A stretch of 64,000 bases of DNA from Dictyostelium discoideum (GCA_000004695.1 CM000151.3:224001-288000); one strand, 5' to 3'; shown: positions 35,916 through 49,306, counted from the first letter of the stretch. Notes: generated by a model from the sequence alone, not told the origin. Program-made: numbers and translations.

Positions 35916-36279
35916 ATAAATAATATTGGTTAATGAAAATTAATTATTATAAATAGTTTTAATAAAATTTTATTATTATTATTGGTTTTTATTGGTATTA
36001 TTATTTTTTTTTAATTTTTTAATTATTAACCATTTAGATATTAATAAAAAAAAAAAAAAATTTAAGCCCCAATTTAATTGAAAAAAAAAAATATATTTTT
36101 AAAAATATCTTTTTTTTTAGATATTAATAAAAAAAAAAAATAAAAAAATAAAAAAAAAAAAGTTTTTTTGGATAATTTTGAGAGAAAAAAAAAAAGTGAA
36201 GCTTTCATTTTTTTTTTTTTTTTTTTTTTGCTTAAAATTCATCATTCTAAAACACACTTTATTATTTAAACAAATAATA

Positions 36280-38361
36280 ATGCCAAAAAATAAAAAAATA
36301 AAAACAGATAAAAATAATAAAATATTTCAAGATGTTATTGAATTTGAAATTTTAAGATCAATAATCAATTATTTATTAATCAGCAAAAAAAAAAAAAAAA
36401 ATAATAATTATAATACTAGTAGTCAATATAAAATTAATAAATTTTATTTAAATAGAAATGAAATATTAAATTATATATTAGTTTCAAAAAAGTGGTATAA
36501 TTTTATATCATTAACAATATCAAATAATATTATTAATAATAAATTATTTGAATATTGGTTAAAAATTAATTATTACAATAAATCATTTATTGAAAATTAT
36601 AATAATCAAAATAAATATGATAAATATAATTTATTTTTCAATAACATAGAAGATTGCAAAAATAAAATTAGTTTTAATAAAGAGTTTTCAATTATAAAAA
36701 TCAAAGAATCAATAATCAATGATTATTTTAAATTCAATTTATTTTCAAATCATATTACAATTGATGATTTTAAAGAAATTAAAAACAAATTTGAAAATAA
36801 TCAATTACTTTATAATAGAATTGTAGTTAATCTTGAAACTGATTATGGTAGCGATGATGATGATATTTTATTTACAATACATGAATATATATCAAATGAA
36901 AATTGGGAAATCATATCAAATTTATTTAAAATAATAGAATTAAATTTTCATTTTTGGTTAGGTGAAGGTTATCAACCAAAATCTGAGGAGGAGGAGGAGG
37001 AGGAAGAGGAGGAGGAGGAGGAAGATCATCATGATACTGATGAATGTTGTAGTCCAAAATCTGAGGAAGACGATCATGATGAACATTGTAGTCCAAAATC
37101 CAAAGAGGATGATGATCATGACGAAGGTTGTCACCCAAAATCTGAAGAGGAGGAGGAGGAGGAGGAGGATGATCTTGATGATGAAGGTAATAAGAAATGT
37201 ACTGAATTATATTTAAATAGTTTAACAGTTGTTGGGTATGATCAAGATGTAGTTGAAGATGAAGAAACAGTAAAGATATTCAAAATTTTCAAAGGTAAAA
37301 ATTTATTTTATGATGGATCTGGTGATTCAATTGATACGTATACACATGTCAATTATTCAGCATTATTTGATCCAGATAATTCAGGTCAACAAGTTGAATC
37401 AATTAATGTACAAATTGAAACTATTAATGAAGAATTCGTTGAAGCACGTCATTTAATCAAAGTTAATCAATTTGAAAATTTACATTCAATTACAATACCA
37501 ATTAGCTCTTTTCAAATATTATCAAGTTTAGCGAAAGAAATGGGATTTACTAGTTTCTATTATAATAGTAAATCAGAATTTGGTAATTCAAAAAATATGA
37601 AATCAGAATTAAATCAAATGATCAATTCATTCGTTACATGTAAATCTTTAAAGAATTTAAAAATAACATCGGTAAATTTAACAGATTATCATATCAACTA
37701 TGAAGGTTATTATGATGGAAATGGAGATCTTGAAATTTTTGCTAATAAAATAAATGAAACTATAGAATCATATTCAAATTCATTCCAACCATTATTTTCA
37801 GAATTAAATACATCAATTGAAAGAATTGAATTAGATTGTATGCGTTTATTAAATATCAATACATTTTCAAATTTATTAAATAATAAATCAATTAAATATT
37901 TATATTTGTATGGTGATAGTGATTTCATTGTTTACTCTTCAAAATCAAGTGGTTATGGTGGTGGTAGTGAATTACATGAAGAATCTATTTCAATTAATCA
38001 ATTTTTATTTGAAAATATATTTACATCACCATTAACATCAATTAGACATTATAAAATTTGTTTCAAATTATCAAATCAATTAAGATTAATATTTAATTTA
38101 ATTTTAAATAATATTTTCAAATTACAATTATATTCATTAATATTTGAATTCGATGAAAACAAATTAGTTGGCGAATTTGTTAAAGAATTTAAAAATTTAA
38201 TAAATAGTATTCCAACTCAAATACAACAAAAATCAAATAACATAAATTTAAAAGAAATTAAAATTAAAATTGAAGATGATGAATATATTCCTGAATTAAA
38301 TAATATTAATAATCCGTATTTCACAACAATAATAAAGAAAATAGAAAAAAAATATGATTAA
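36280..38361 (+). CDS. family member B (693 aa from ATG 36280), with an expanded acidic insert containing (GAG)n Glu runs and three CSPKSEEDDHDE-type repeats
   Basis: MPKNKKIKTDKNNKIFQDVIEFEILRSIINYLL... The same conserved blocks as member A. The track start 36178 is TTG. Confidence 0.7.
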   Translation: MPKNKKIKTDKNNKIFQDVIEFEILRSIINYLLISKKKKKNNNYNTSSQYKINKFYLNRNEILNYILVSKKWYNFISLTISNNIINNKLFEYWLKINYYNKSFIENYNNQNKYDKYNLFFNNIEDCKNKISFNKEFSIIKIKESIINDYFKFNLFSNHITIDDFKEIKNKFENNQLLYNRIVVNLETDYGSDDDDILFTIHEYISNENWEIISNLFKIIELNFHFWLGEGYQPKSEEEEEEEEEEEEEDHHDTDECCSPKSEEDDHDEHCSPKSKEDDDHDEGCHPKSEEEEEEEEDDLDDEGNKKCTELYLNSLTVVGYDQDVVEDEETVKIFKIFKGKNLFYDGSGDSIDTYTHVNYSALFDPDNSGQQVESINVQIETINEEFVEARHLIKVNQFENLHSITIPISSFQILSSLAKEMGFTSFYYNSKSEFGNSKNMKSELNQMINSFVTCKSLKNLKITSVNLTDYHINYEGYYDGNGDLEIFANKINETIESYSNSFQPLFSELNTSIERIELDCMRLLNINTFSNLLNNKSIKYLYLYGDSDFIVYSSKSSGYGGGSELHEESISINQFLFENIFTSPLTSIRHYKICFKLSNQLRLIFNLILNNIFKLQLYSLIFEFDENKLVGEFVKEFKNLINSIPTQIQQKSNNINLKEIKIKIEDDEYIPELNNINNPYFTTIIKKIEKKYD

Positions 38362-38857
38362 AAAAAAAATAAAAAATAAAAAAAAAATAAAAAAGTGAAA
38401 TAATTTTTTATTTTTATTTTTTTTTTTTAAATAAAGATGTGGTTTCTCAATATTGAGAAGTTTTTTATTTTTTTTTTGAAAATTCTTTTTTTTTTTTTCC
38501 ATTATGGGAGGTCAATTTTTTTTCCAATTTTTTTTATTTTTTTTTATTTTTTTTTTTTATTTTTTTTTTTTAAATCGAATTTTTTACTTTTTTTTTATTT
38601 TTTTCTTTATTTTTGGTAAACATAAAAAAAGAGATATCAAATAGAAAAAAAAAAAAGTTATAAAAAAAAGAGAAATTAATTGTAATCATTTATTAATTAA
38701 ACATAAAGTTATTTTTTTTTTTTTTTTTTTTTTTTTATTCCAATTAATCCCATTTTTATTTTTCATAATAATTTTTATTTCCTTTTTAAAGTCTCATAAA
38801 AAAAAAAATTTAGAATTTGTTGGTCACTCTTTATAATTTAAACAAAAAATAATAATA

Positions 38858-40050
38858 ATATCAACAAGTAAAAAAATAAAAACAGATAATAAAATATTTC
38901 AAGATCTGATTGATTTTGAAATTTTAAGATCCATAACCAATTATTTATTAACTAGCAAAAAAAAAATTAATAATAATAATAATATTAATAATATTAATAA
39001 TTTAAATAATAATAATATTATTAATCAATAAAATTAATAAATTTTATTTAAATAGAAATGAAATATTAAATTATATATTAGTTTCAAAAAAGTTGTATAA
39101 TTTTATATCATTAACAATATCAAATAATATTATTAATAATAAATCATTTGAACATTGGTTAAAAACTAATTATAATAATAATAAATCATTTATTGAAAAT
39201 TATAAAAATCAAAATCAATATGATAAAAATAAAATATTTTATAGCAAAGAAGATTATAATCAATATAAAATTAGTTTTAATAAAGAGTTTTCAACTATAA
39301 AAATCAAAGAATCAATAATCAATGATTATTTTAAATTCAATTTATTTTTAGATAAGCTTACAATTGGTGATATTATAGATATTAAAAATAAATTTGAAAA
39401 TAATCAATTGGTTTATAATAGAATTGTAGTTTATATTAAAACTGATGATGATTGGTTTCCATAATGTGATAATTTATTAAAATATTTAAAATACACGAAT
39501 ATGTATCAAATGGAAATTCAGAAATCATATGAAATTTATTTCAAATATTAGAATTAAATTATGGTTTTAGGTTGCGTAATGGCTATGATCCAAATCTGAA
39601 AGGGTATATTATGATGATAAAGGTAATAAGAAATCAACTGCTGAGTTATATTTTAATAATTTATCAATTGCTGGTAATAGATTTGCAGATGAAGATAACA
39701 AAACAGTCATGGTATTCAAAATATTCAAAGGTAAAAAATTATTTTATAATAAAACTTGTAGATATAGGTCAACACATGTCAATTGTTCATCATTATTTGG
39801 TCCAGATATTTCAGGTCAACAAGTTAAATCAATTGATTTATAAATTCGGTTTGGGAATTTGTTTATGAATTTAAAAATTTAATAAATAATATTTCAATTC
39901 AACAAAAACAACAACAAGAATCAAAACATAAATTTAAAAGAAATTAAAATTAAAATTGTAGTTGATAAATATGAAAAATTTCAAGAACTAAATTATTTTA
40001 AAAATCCATATTTCGCAATAGTAATAAAGAAATTACCAAAATGGTGGTAA
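38858..40050 (+). pseudogene. decayed family member C. Start codon ATG->ATA, internal 2-bp deletion, stops and large deletions; about 1.2 kb remains of about 1.9 kb.
   Basis: AATAATAATATCAACAAGTAAAAAAATAAAAACAGATAAT aligns with the AATAATAATGTCAACAAATAAAAAAAT... leaders of the intact copies. AATCAATAAAATTAATAAATTTTATTTAAATAGAAATGAAATATTAAATTATATATTAGTTTCAAAAAAG matches the family sequence but carries stops. Ends with GTAATAAAGAAATTACCAAAATGGTGGTAA. Confidence 0.6.
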
Positions 40051-40271
40051 CCTTAAAAGATAAAAAATAAATTTCTAAAAGCTAAAGATATATTTATGAC
40101 AGACATCCCTAGGAAAATATTTACAAAAAAAAAAAAAAAATAGAAAATAATATTATAGTATATTATTATTAATTTTTACACTTAATATTATTTATTATTA
40201 ATAAAAATATTATTATTTATTTGAATTAATTTGATTTGATTTAATTTGATTTATTTTTATAATCTTTAACA

Positions 40272-41340
40272 TCAATTAGGTCCATTTGAACAAAGTCTCA
40301 TTGTTTCTTTAATAAAGGCAACGATATAAGGGGCATTTTGTTTATGATTGAAATTGACATATTCATCATCTTTGACAGCTTTTTTAATTTCTAGATATGC
40401 AATCTCTTGAGGTTCTGGACGATTACATAATTGTAAAATTACCCAATTCATTGTGATTGTAACTGTACCAATGGCTGGTCCAAAAATATCAAAACAAATT
40501 TGATTGATTTTCATTGTATCTTCTTTAGTGATTTCATTTAATCCATATTCAATTAACAAATCATCCATTAAATCTCTTGGTTTACTTGGATCAATTGACT
40601 TAAAATGATTTTCATTTTGACTACTAATTATTTGTCTAACGATATCGCAACCTTTTAATCTTCTAGTAAAGAACCAATCATAAAGTGGTGAGAAAATTTC
40701 AAAACAATCAAATGCAGTTAGTTTTGAAAGATTACCAAAAACATGTTCAACTGCATTACCAATAGTTCTTGACAAGCCACTTTCAACTGATAAATCTTGA
40801 TTAAACATATATTTGAATAACATTGAACAAGCATATCCTTGAATATGTCCTTTTGGATAAAACTTAAAATAATTATTTAATAAATTAATATTAATAATTT
40901 TAATTGTAATTATTATTTCTTTAAAAAAAAACCTATAATTTCATTATTATTCGAAATTTTTTCAAGTGAATCAATAAATTCAATTGCTTTTTCTTCCATT
41001 AATTTTTTAGATGTATGAACTCTTAATTATTAAGAAACACTTGATTTTGCTCTTTTCCATTCGTCATCAGATGAGCTCATTACACCTAATCCATTACTTG
41101 AAGCATATCTCCAACCTGGAACTAAAAGTGATGGTTTGTAAAGGAAATTTTCATCTTTTTGAAAATACTTTACATCATAATTTGAGACAAATAAAAATAA
41201 TCTTTCTCCAATCCATGCTCTTACAATTAATTCATGTTCTTGAATTTTGAATAATTCCCAAAATCTAATTTGAACAACATTTCCAAGAATAGGAAATGCA
41301 ATTGGTCCACTTGGAGATTTTGTATGAATTTTCTTATTTT
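40272..41340 (-). pseudogene. cytochrome P450 pseudogene. N-terminal and central part only, with an in-frame tandem stop TAATAA and no heme-binding (FxxGxRxCxG) region.
   Basis: Minus-strand translation gives SPSGPIAFPILGNVVQI (Pro-rich hinge), DEWKRAKSSVS-stop-stop-LRVHTSKKLMEEKAIEFIDSL, an 80-bp intron, then ...RDLMDDLLIEYG...ICFDIFGPAIGTVTIT (I-helix)...NRPEPQEIAYLEIKKAV...APYIVAFIKETMRLCSNGPN-stop. No downstream exon encodes the Cys-ligand loop before the next element at about 40050. Confidence 0.6.
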
Positions 41341-42129
41341 TTTTAACCTTTTTTTTTTTTGTAAAGAATTAATTAATTAATTTTAATTATTTCTAAAATA
41401 TATAAAATTAAATACATACAAAATCTTTTACCAAGAAAAGTATAATTAGAATAATAAAACATTAACTATTTCCATTTCTCTTAATAATATAGTATTACTT
41501 TTTTTTTTTTTTCTTAACAATTTTTTTTTTTTTTTTCAAATATACTTAACAACAATTTTTTTTAAATGGAAGGTTTATTTTTGTTTTTATCTTTTATTTA
41601 TTTTTTTATTTTTTTATTTTTTATGAATTAATCACCAACAATTAATTGGTGAGTCGATTAATTAAAAGATCAATTACAGGTAAAAAAAGATAATCTGAAA
41701 AATAAAAAAATTTTAAGTGGTTCAATCACAAATTTTATTACTAAAAAAAAAATTAAAAAAAGTTAAACCTTTTTTTGACTTTTTATAAAAAACAAAAATG
41801 ATATTATAAAAAAGGTGTGGGTAATTAATTTAAATTAAAAAAACTAAAAAAAAAAACAAAAAATAAAAAAAACAAAAATAAAAAAAAACAAAAAATAAAA
41901 AAAAACAAATTTTACCCCAAAATTAAGATCTTACAAGTGGTGCATTCCAATAAAATTTTTTTTTTTTTTTTTTTTTTGAATGATTATCTGTTGGCAATTG
42001 TCAAAATTTTTATTAAATGGTGGTTATTTAATTTAAAGGAAAAAATAAAATAAAATAGATAAAATAAAAAATGGTGGTTATTTAATTTAAAGGTAAAAAA
42101 AAATATTACTTAATTAAATATTTCGAAAG

Positions 42130-42160
<31 letters not shown>

Positions 42161-42224
42161 CTTAATTAAATAATTCATTTCAATAGTTACAAGTTTTATA
42201 ATAAATATATAATTGAAATCTAAA

Positions 42225-45200
42225 ATGATTGAAGGAAATTTTGAAAAAAACAATGATAACCAAGTTGCAATAATTGGTCTTGGGCTAAGATTACCAGGTA
42301 ACTCGGGATCTCCTTTAGAGTTTTGGAAAAACTTGCTTGGTGGTTTTGATGGAATTGTTGATTCTAATGAAAGGTAAAAAAAAAAAAAAAAATTTAAAAA
42401 ATAAATAAATAAAAAATTAGAATTATAAAAAAAAAAATAAAAATAAAAAAAAAAATAAAAATAAAAATAAAAAAAAGTGATGGCGACTCACCTCTAACAC
42501 ACCATATTTTTTTTTATTTTAATTTTTTTCTTTTTTTTCATTTTCATCACCGTTGTCTTCATTTTTTTTTTTTTTTTTTAAATTATTATTTTTATTTATT
42601 TAGATGGAGCGACACATTCCATAGTATGGGAGAAATCTCAAATAAGAATGCAGGATTAATTGACTTGGAAGAGAATTGGCATTCTTTTGAGCCATTGTTT
42701 TTTGGGATCAATCCAACCGATGCTAAACAAATTGATCCACAAATTAAATTAATGTTAAAGTTAACATGGGAAGCATTTGAAGATGCATCAATTGATCCTT
42801 TAAAACTCAGAGGAACAAATACTTCTGTTTTTGTTGGTGCCGCAAATACTGATTATTCTTTTATTAATTTCGAATAAAATGAAGCGCCAATCAATGTTTT
42901 TAATGGTACTCTCAGCGCATTTGCAAATAGAATATCATATTGTTTTGATTTACGTGGTACTTCATTAACAATTGACACTGCATGTTCATCATCATTAAAT
43001 GCAGTTCATTTAGGATATGAATCAATTGTTAATGGTAAATCAAATTACTCTGTAGTAGCTGGTTGTAATATATTATTAAGTAATTATTATTATAATATTA
43101 GTAGCACACACATATATATAAAATAGTTTTCATATTTCTAATATTTTATTTTTATTATTATTATTATTCTAAAAAAAGATCCATATATTACTAGATCATT
43201 TCATTCAATTAATATTACAGGTAAATCTGGTAGATGTAATTCATTTGATGAATCTGCTGATGGTTTTGTACGTTCAGAAGGTGTTGTTGTATTAATTTTA
43301 AAAAGATTATCACTTGCAATTCAAGATAACGATCAAATTTATTGTGTAATGAAAGGAAGTAGTTCAAATGTAGATGGTACTTTTAAGAAAACAAACTTTT
43401 TTGCACCTTCAAAAAGTGCACAATCAACTAATATCAAAAATGCATTTTTATCATCTAATGGTGCAGTGAAATATCAAGATATTGATTTCTTTGAATTACA
43501 TAGTACAGGTACACAAGTAGGTGATCCAATCGAAGTTGAAGCTGTTGCTGATATTTTTAAAAATGTTAAACAAGAACCATTATTAATTGGATCAGTTAAA
43601 TCAAATATTGGTCATCTTGAACCTGCATCAGGTGTAGCATCATTAGCAAAAGTTTGTTTAATGTTTAAACATCGTCAATTTGTAAAGAATATCCATTTCA
43701 ATAACCCAAATCCAAATATTAAATTCAAAGAATGGAATGTTAAAGTATGCACAGAAACAACAGCATTCCCAGATAGACAAGTATCAATGGCAATCAATAG
43801 TTTTGGTATAACTGGTTCAAATGCATGTGTTTTATTGTCTGAATATATTAAACCTTCAGAATTAAAAAATCAAACATCCATGAAATTAAATGAAAAATCA
43901 AAATTATTAATACCAATATCAACCAACTCAAAGAAGTCACTCGAACAATTCAAATCAAAACTACTTGAAGAAATTGATACATACTCTGAAAGCTTAACTT
44001 TTGAAGAGTTTGCAATGTTCCAAGTTTATTCAAAAACAACCAAATTATCACAAAGATCAGTTTTAATTGGTAATGATTGGAATGATTTAAAAATTAATAT
44101 AAATGAAATTATTTCAACAAAAAATAATAAATCTGGTAATATTATCAAATCAAATGATATTAATCCACCATTAGTATTTTCATTTTGTGGTCAAGGTCCT
44201 CAATATTCAAAAATGGGTTTAGATTTATATGAAAATGAACCAATATTTAAACAATATATGGATTTATTAGATTCAATACTATTTAAATATTATGGATATT
44301 CAATCATTCAAAAACTAAGATCAATTAATGATGATCCAATTCTAATTAATGAACCAATATTAGCTCAACCATCTATATTTATGATTCAAATATCATTATA
44401 TAAATTATATTTGCATTGGGGAATCACACCATCAATAATAGTTGGCCATAGTTTAGGAGAAGTAGCCAGTGCATTTTGTTCAGGTATGATTGATTTAGAA
44501 ACAGCATGCTTCGTGATATATAAAAGAGCAATCATTCAAAATAAAACCAATGGATCTGGAAGACTTTTAGCAATTGGTTTAAATCTTGAAGAATTCTATA
44601 ATCAATTTTCAAAGGAATATCCAGAAATTGAAATTTCATGTTTTAACTCACCATCATCAATCGTTGTATGTGGTAATGAACATGATATATTAAATATTTC
44701 AAAATCATTAAAAGAGAAACAAATATTCAACTCTTTATTAGGTACACCATCAGCATTTCATTCATCAAAACAAGATATAATCAAAGATGAAATTATAGAA
44801 TCAACCAATCATATCCGATCAAGACCACCTTCTATAACAACATTTTCAACAGTCACATCAAATAAATTCGATAAAAATACACCTTATAATTCAAATTATA
44901 TATTTGACAATTTAAGAAAGCCAGTATTATTTCAACAAACCATTGAAAACATATTCAAACATATTGAATCAAATGATTTAGGTAATTCAGTAATATTTTT
45001 AGAATTGTCACCTCATCCAACTTTAAACCATTATGTTAAAGAAATGATTCCAAAGAATTCAAATTACTTTTTAAACAAAGATTCAATAAGTGTATTATCA
45101 TCAATAAATAAGAAAAAAGAAGATATCAACGAAATTCAATCAACAATTTCACAACTTTATTGTTTTGGTTACAATGTCGATTTTAGTGCCCAATTTAAAT

Positions 45201-48200
45201 CGGAAATAACATCAAATTCATTCAAGAAATGCTCATACATAATACCACATTATCAATGGGATGAATCATTATTTTGGAAAGAAGGTATTTCATCAATAAA
45301 TAATAGAAAGAATGGAGTATCAATAAATCAACTTGGTAATAAAAATGAATCATCACCACATATATCATATACATCATATATCGATATTAAAGAAGAACCA
45401 TTTAGATTCTTAAAAGATCATCAATTTCGTGGTAAATCAATTTTCCCAGGAGTTGGTTATTTGGATATTATTTTAAAACTTTTCCCAAATCAAGATTTAA
45501 CCATACCACTTTTAGAATTTAAATCACAATTTATATTATCTGAAGGTGTAAAAAAAACTCTTACAACCAATCTCTACAAAAGTGCAAAGAATGAATATAG
45601 AGCAACATTTAATTTTAAAGATCAAACAAGTGGTAAGTGGGTTCAATCTGCAAATAGTAGAATTTTAATGAAAAGTTTAGATGTAACAGTTAAAAAAGTT
45701 GATATTCAATCAATACGTGATCAATGTAATTGGTCAACTTTGAAAAGAGATCAATTATATAACTCAATTAAAAACTATTCAAACATTTCAATATTAGAAT
45801 CATTTCAAAGAATTGAAGAAGCTTCATATGGTGATAATAGATGCCTGTGTAAAATTTCATTGGATCCAACTTCAAGCTATGATAATGAATCATTTTTAAA
45901 TATTTGCATTATTGATACATGTATACATCCATGTATTTTCTTTGATAACCCAGCTTCGTCTGTTTTTGAAAGAATTGAACATTTAAAAATTTATTCTTCA
46001 AGTGTTCCATTAACTGCAGAAGATAGAGTGAAGCAACAATACGTTTACTGTTATGTTGAACTTATTAAACAATTTAGTGATTTTATGTATTTAAAAACAA
46101 CTTGTTTCTTAAAAGATGGTACTGTTCTATTACATTCTCCATTGGTAACAATTGCATCTACACTATCAACAAAAAATGAAATTGATATTGAATGTCCAAA
46201 CAATCAATTATTTTCACAATGTCTTCAACCAAAAGATTCAATTTTACAATCACCATTAATATTGAAAGAATATTTTAATCAACAACTTCAACTTCAACAA
46301 TCAAATATCATTTCAATATCTACTCTATCATCATATCTTTTTTCCACATTAAAGAAAATATTAAATAACCTCACCATTGATGAATTTCAAAATGATTCAC
46401 TTGAACAGTTGATTGAAAAATATTCATATATCTTGGAAGAAGTTCAAGAAGTTGGTACTATCAGATCCAATTTAATCCTCTTAACAATCAACTTTTTATT
46501 AACACATCACAAACATATTGATCAAAACCAAGTTTCAAACTTTCTCTTGAATAACATTCCAAACGAATTATTAGTTGTTGATAATATTGTTTCAAATAAA
46601 GGTATTTCACATATTGGTATTTATCAACATCAATTAATTTTAGATATAATTTCAAAATCAATTATTCCAATCGTAAATGAAAAAATAGTTTTTAGAATTT
46701 TAGAAATTGGATGTGGTGTTGGTGAATTAACTAAACTAATCAATGATAAATTAGAATCAATTTTAAATGATAATCCATCATATAACATTGATATAGAATT
46801 TGTATTTTCAGATTATACCGATTCAAAAGTATTATTAATTAAAGAAAGATTGTTCAGTTCAAAAAAGAGTTGTTTCTTTAAAATTATTGATTTAAACAAA
46901 CAATTACAAGAACAATCATTTTCACCATCTTATTATGATTTAATTATTCTATCAAATACAACAAATCAAATTAAAGATATCAACACATCAATTTCATTTG
47001 TAAATGAAATTTTAACTCCAAACGGTCATTTATTAATTTTAGATACAAATTTCATTCAAACATCAATAGATGAAGATTATTATTTAGAAAACTACAAACA
47101 ATGGTTATCATTTAATTATTTAAATTCTGGTAGTGGTGCAATGAAACTAAATCAATGGAATCAATTATTAATAAATGATTTGAAATTTAATAATTTCATA
47201 TGTTCAACAGGTGAAATTGAACCATATTTGATTCAAGTTCAAAAATCAAATTTATCAAATTCAATTAATTCAGTTAGTAAAGAGCATACATCAGAATATG
47301 ATCAAATTATAATTTTTGGTACTTGTGATGAAATTAATATTGGATCTTCTTTCTATGGCTTGGTTCCAATAGCAATAAATTCAATTGATAAGTTTAAAGA
47401 ACATGTCAAATTACAACAATTAACTGATAAATCATTAATATTATTTATTGAATCATTAAATCTATTAACAGTTGATAATTTTAATCAAGTCTCAATGAAC
47501 TATATAGAAATCAATCAACATTTATTAAAAAATGAAATTTCAGGTTGTAAACATATTTTAATTTCAAGAAATGTAAACTTTGAAACTTCAAACTTATTTG
47601 GATCATCATTAATTGGTTCATTTAGATACTTTTGTGAATTCAATCAATTAAATATATATTCATTTGAATTTGAAGGTAATAATATCCTTAGTGGTGATAA
47701 ATTATTTAATATTATTCAAGAATTATCAAATTCAAGCAAACATTCACAAAATGAATTTTCAATCAGAAGTGATGGTAAAATTTATTATGAAAGAATTAAA
47801 TTAGAATCAAATTTAAAATTAAAATATAAATCAAAATCATATATTGAAAATAAAAATGAATTAGTTTCAAGATTAAAACCAGATTTAACATTTGCATTAG
47901 AAGCGGTATTACCATTGAATCCAAATTTTGTTGAAGTTAAAGTAATGGCAAGTGGTGTTAATTTTAAAGATTTCTTAGTTTATCGTCAATTAATTAATAT
48001 GGCAAATTCAAATGAAAATGGTGATCCTTCAAAACCACAATTTGGATATGAACTAAGTGGAATCGTTACCAAAGTCGGTAAGAATGTGACCAAATTCAAA
48101 GTTGGTGATCATGTAATGGGAGGTGCTTTTCATACATTTTCATCAAGTGTTCATGTAGATCAAGAAAGAATCGAATTAAAACCATCAAACATTTCTTGGT

Positions 48201-49016
48201 TTGAAGCATCACACTCTTTAGTTTATTTAACTTCATATTGTAGTTTATTCGAACTTGGTAGATTGGATTTATATGGTTCAAGTGAAACAGTTTTAATTCA
48301 TTCAGGAAGTGGTGGTATTGGTTTATCTTGTATCGATTTATTACAAGTATATGGATTTAAAGGATATTTATTTGTAACTGTAGGCTCTGAAGAAAAGAAA
48401 CAATTTTTAAAAGATCGTTATGGTGATTTCATCACAGAGATTTATTCAACTAAAAATACAGACTATGAATATTTAATTAAAGAGAAATTAATTGAATTAA
48501 AAGCACCATCTCAAAAATATGGTAGTTTTTCAATGATTTGTGTGGATTTAATTATAAATACTTTATCAGCAGATTATATGTCCTGAATTTTCAAATAATC
48601 ACAACTTTATCCATCGTTCGTCAAATTATAAAATTCATCAAGATACTTTAGGTAAAACAATATTAATAACAGGTCAAGCAGGTCTTTCAGATACAATCAT
48701 AAAATGGATAAGAGAAAAAAGATCAGATTCTATTGAATCAATAATAGTATTATCAAAATCACCAATTAAATTTGAATTAGAAAGAGCAATTGGTAGAATA
48801 AGATCAACAAATTTGAAAATCTATTTTAAACAAGTTGATATTTCAGATGAAAAACTTTTATTAAAATCAATTAATCAATTATTTGAAGAAAATAAAAATA
48901 TTAAACCAATTGAATCAATATTCCATAATGCATTTTCACCAGCAGAATGTGAACCATTAGAAATTGATATGAATCATTTAATTATTGGTTTGATTAAAAA
49001 AAAAAAAAATGAATGA
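42225..49016 (+). pseudogene. type I iterative highly reducing polyketide synthase (KS-AT-DH-cMT-ER-KR'), disrupted. Exons 42225-42373, 42604-43079 and 43179 onward. There is an in-frame TAA in KS at 42875-42877, a +1 frameshift between ER and KR at about 48556-48586, and truncation of KR at 49016.
   Basis: KS: [49 protein letters not shown]|R|WSDTF..., TIDTACSSSLNAVHLGYESI, GSVKSNIGHLEPASG. AT: GQGPQY...IVGHSLGEVASAFCSG. DH: HQFRGKSIFPGVGYLD. cMT: ILEIGCGVGELT. ER: VLIHSGSGGIGLSCIDLL. KR (in the +1 frame): ILITGQAGLSDTIIKWI...ends GLIKKKKNE-stop. No ACP follows. Splice sites: AG|GTAAAA, TTTAG|A, AA|GTAATT and AAAAAG|AT, phases consistent. Confidence 0.7.
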
Positions 49017-49116
49017 TCACATCCATTTTTTTTTTTTATATTTTATATTATTTTGTGCAAAATAAAAAAATAAAAAAATACACAAAAAACATATTCCCAA
49101 AAATTCAAATTTGCTG

Positions 49117-49306
49117 TTGTAGGGAATTTTCAATAAAATTTCACTGCCCAGCCAAAAAAAATTTAGGGTCAGTGATTTTTTTTTTTTCACTGTGAAATTA
49201 TCAAAATCACTGACCCTAAATTTTTTTTTTTTTCAAAAAACAAATAAAGTTTGTTATTTTTTTGTTTTTAATTATTAATTCCTATTTTAATGGTTAATTA
49301 TTATAA

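Noticed and set aside
39093-39868. ORFs 39093-39464 and 39572-39868 as independent genes
   Set aside because: They are fragments of the decayed family member C. They are homologous to the family's N-terminal and middle blocks but interrupted by stops and deletions.
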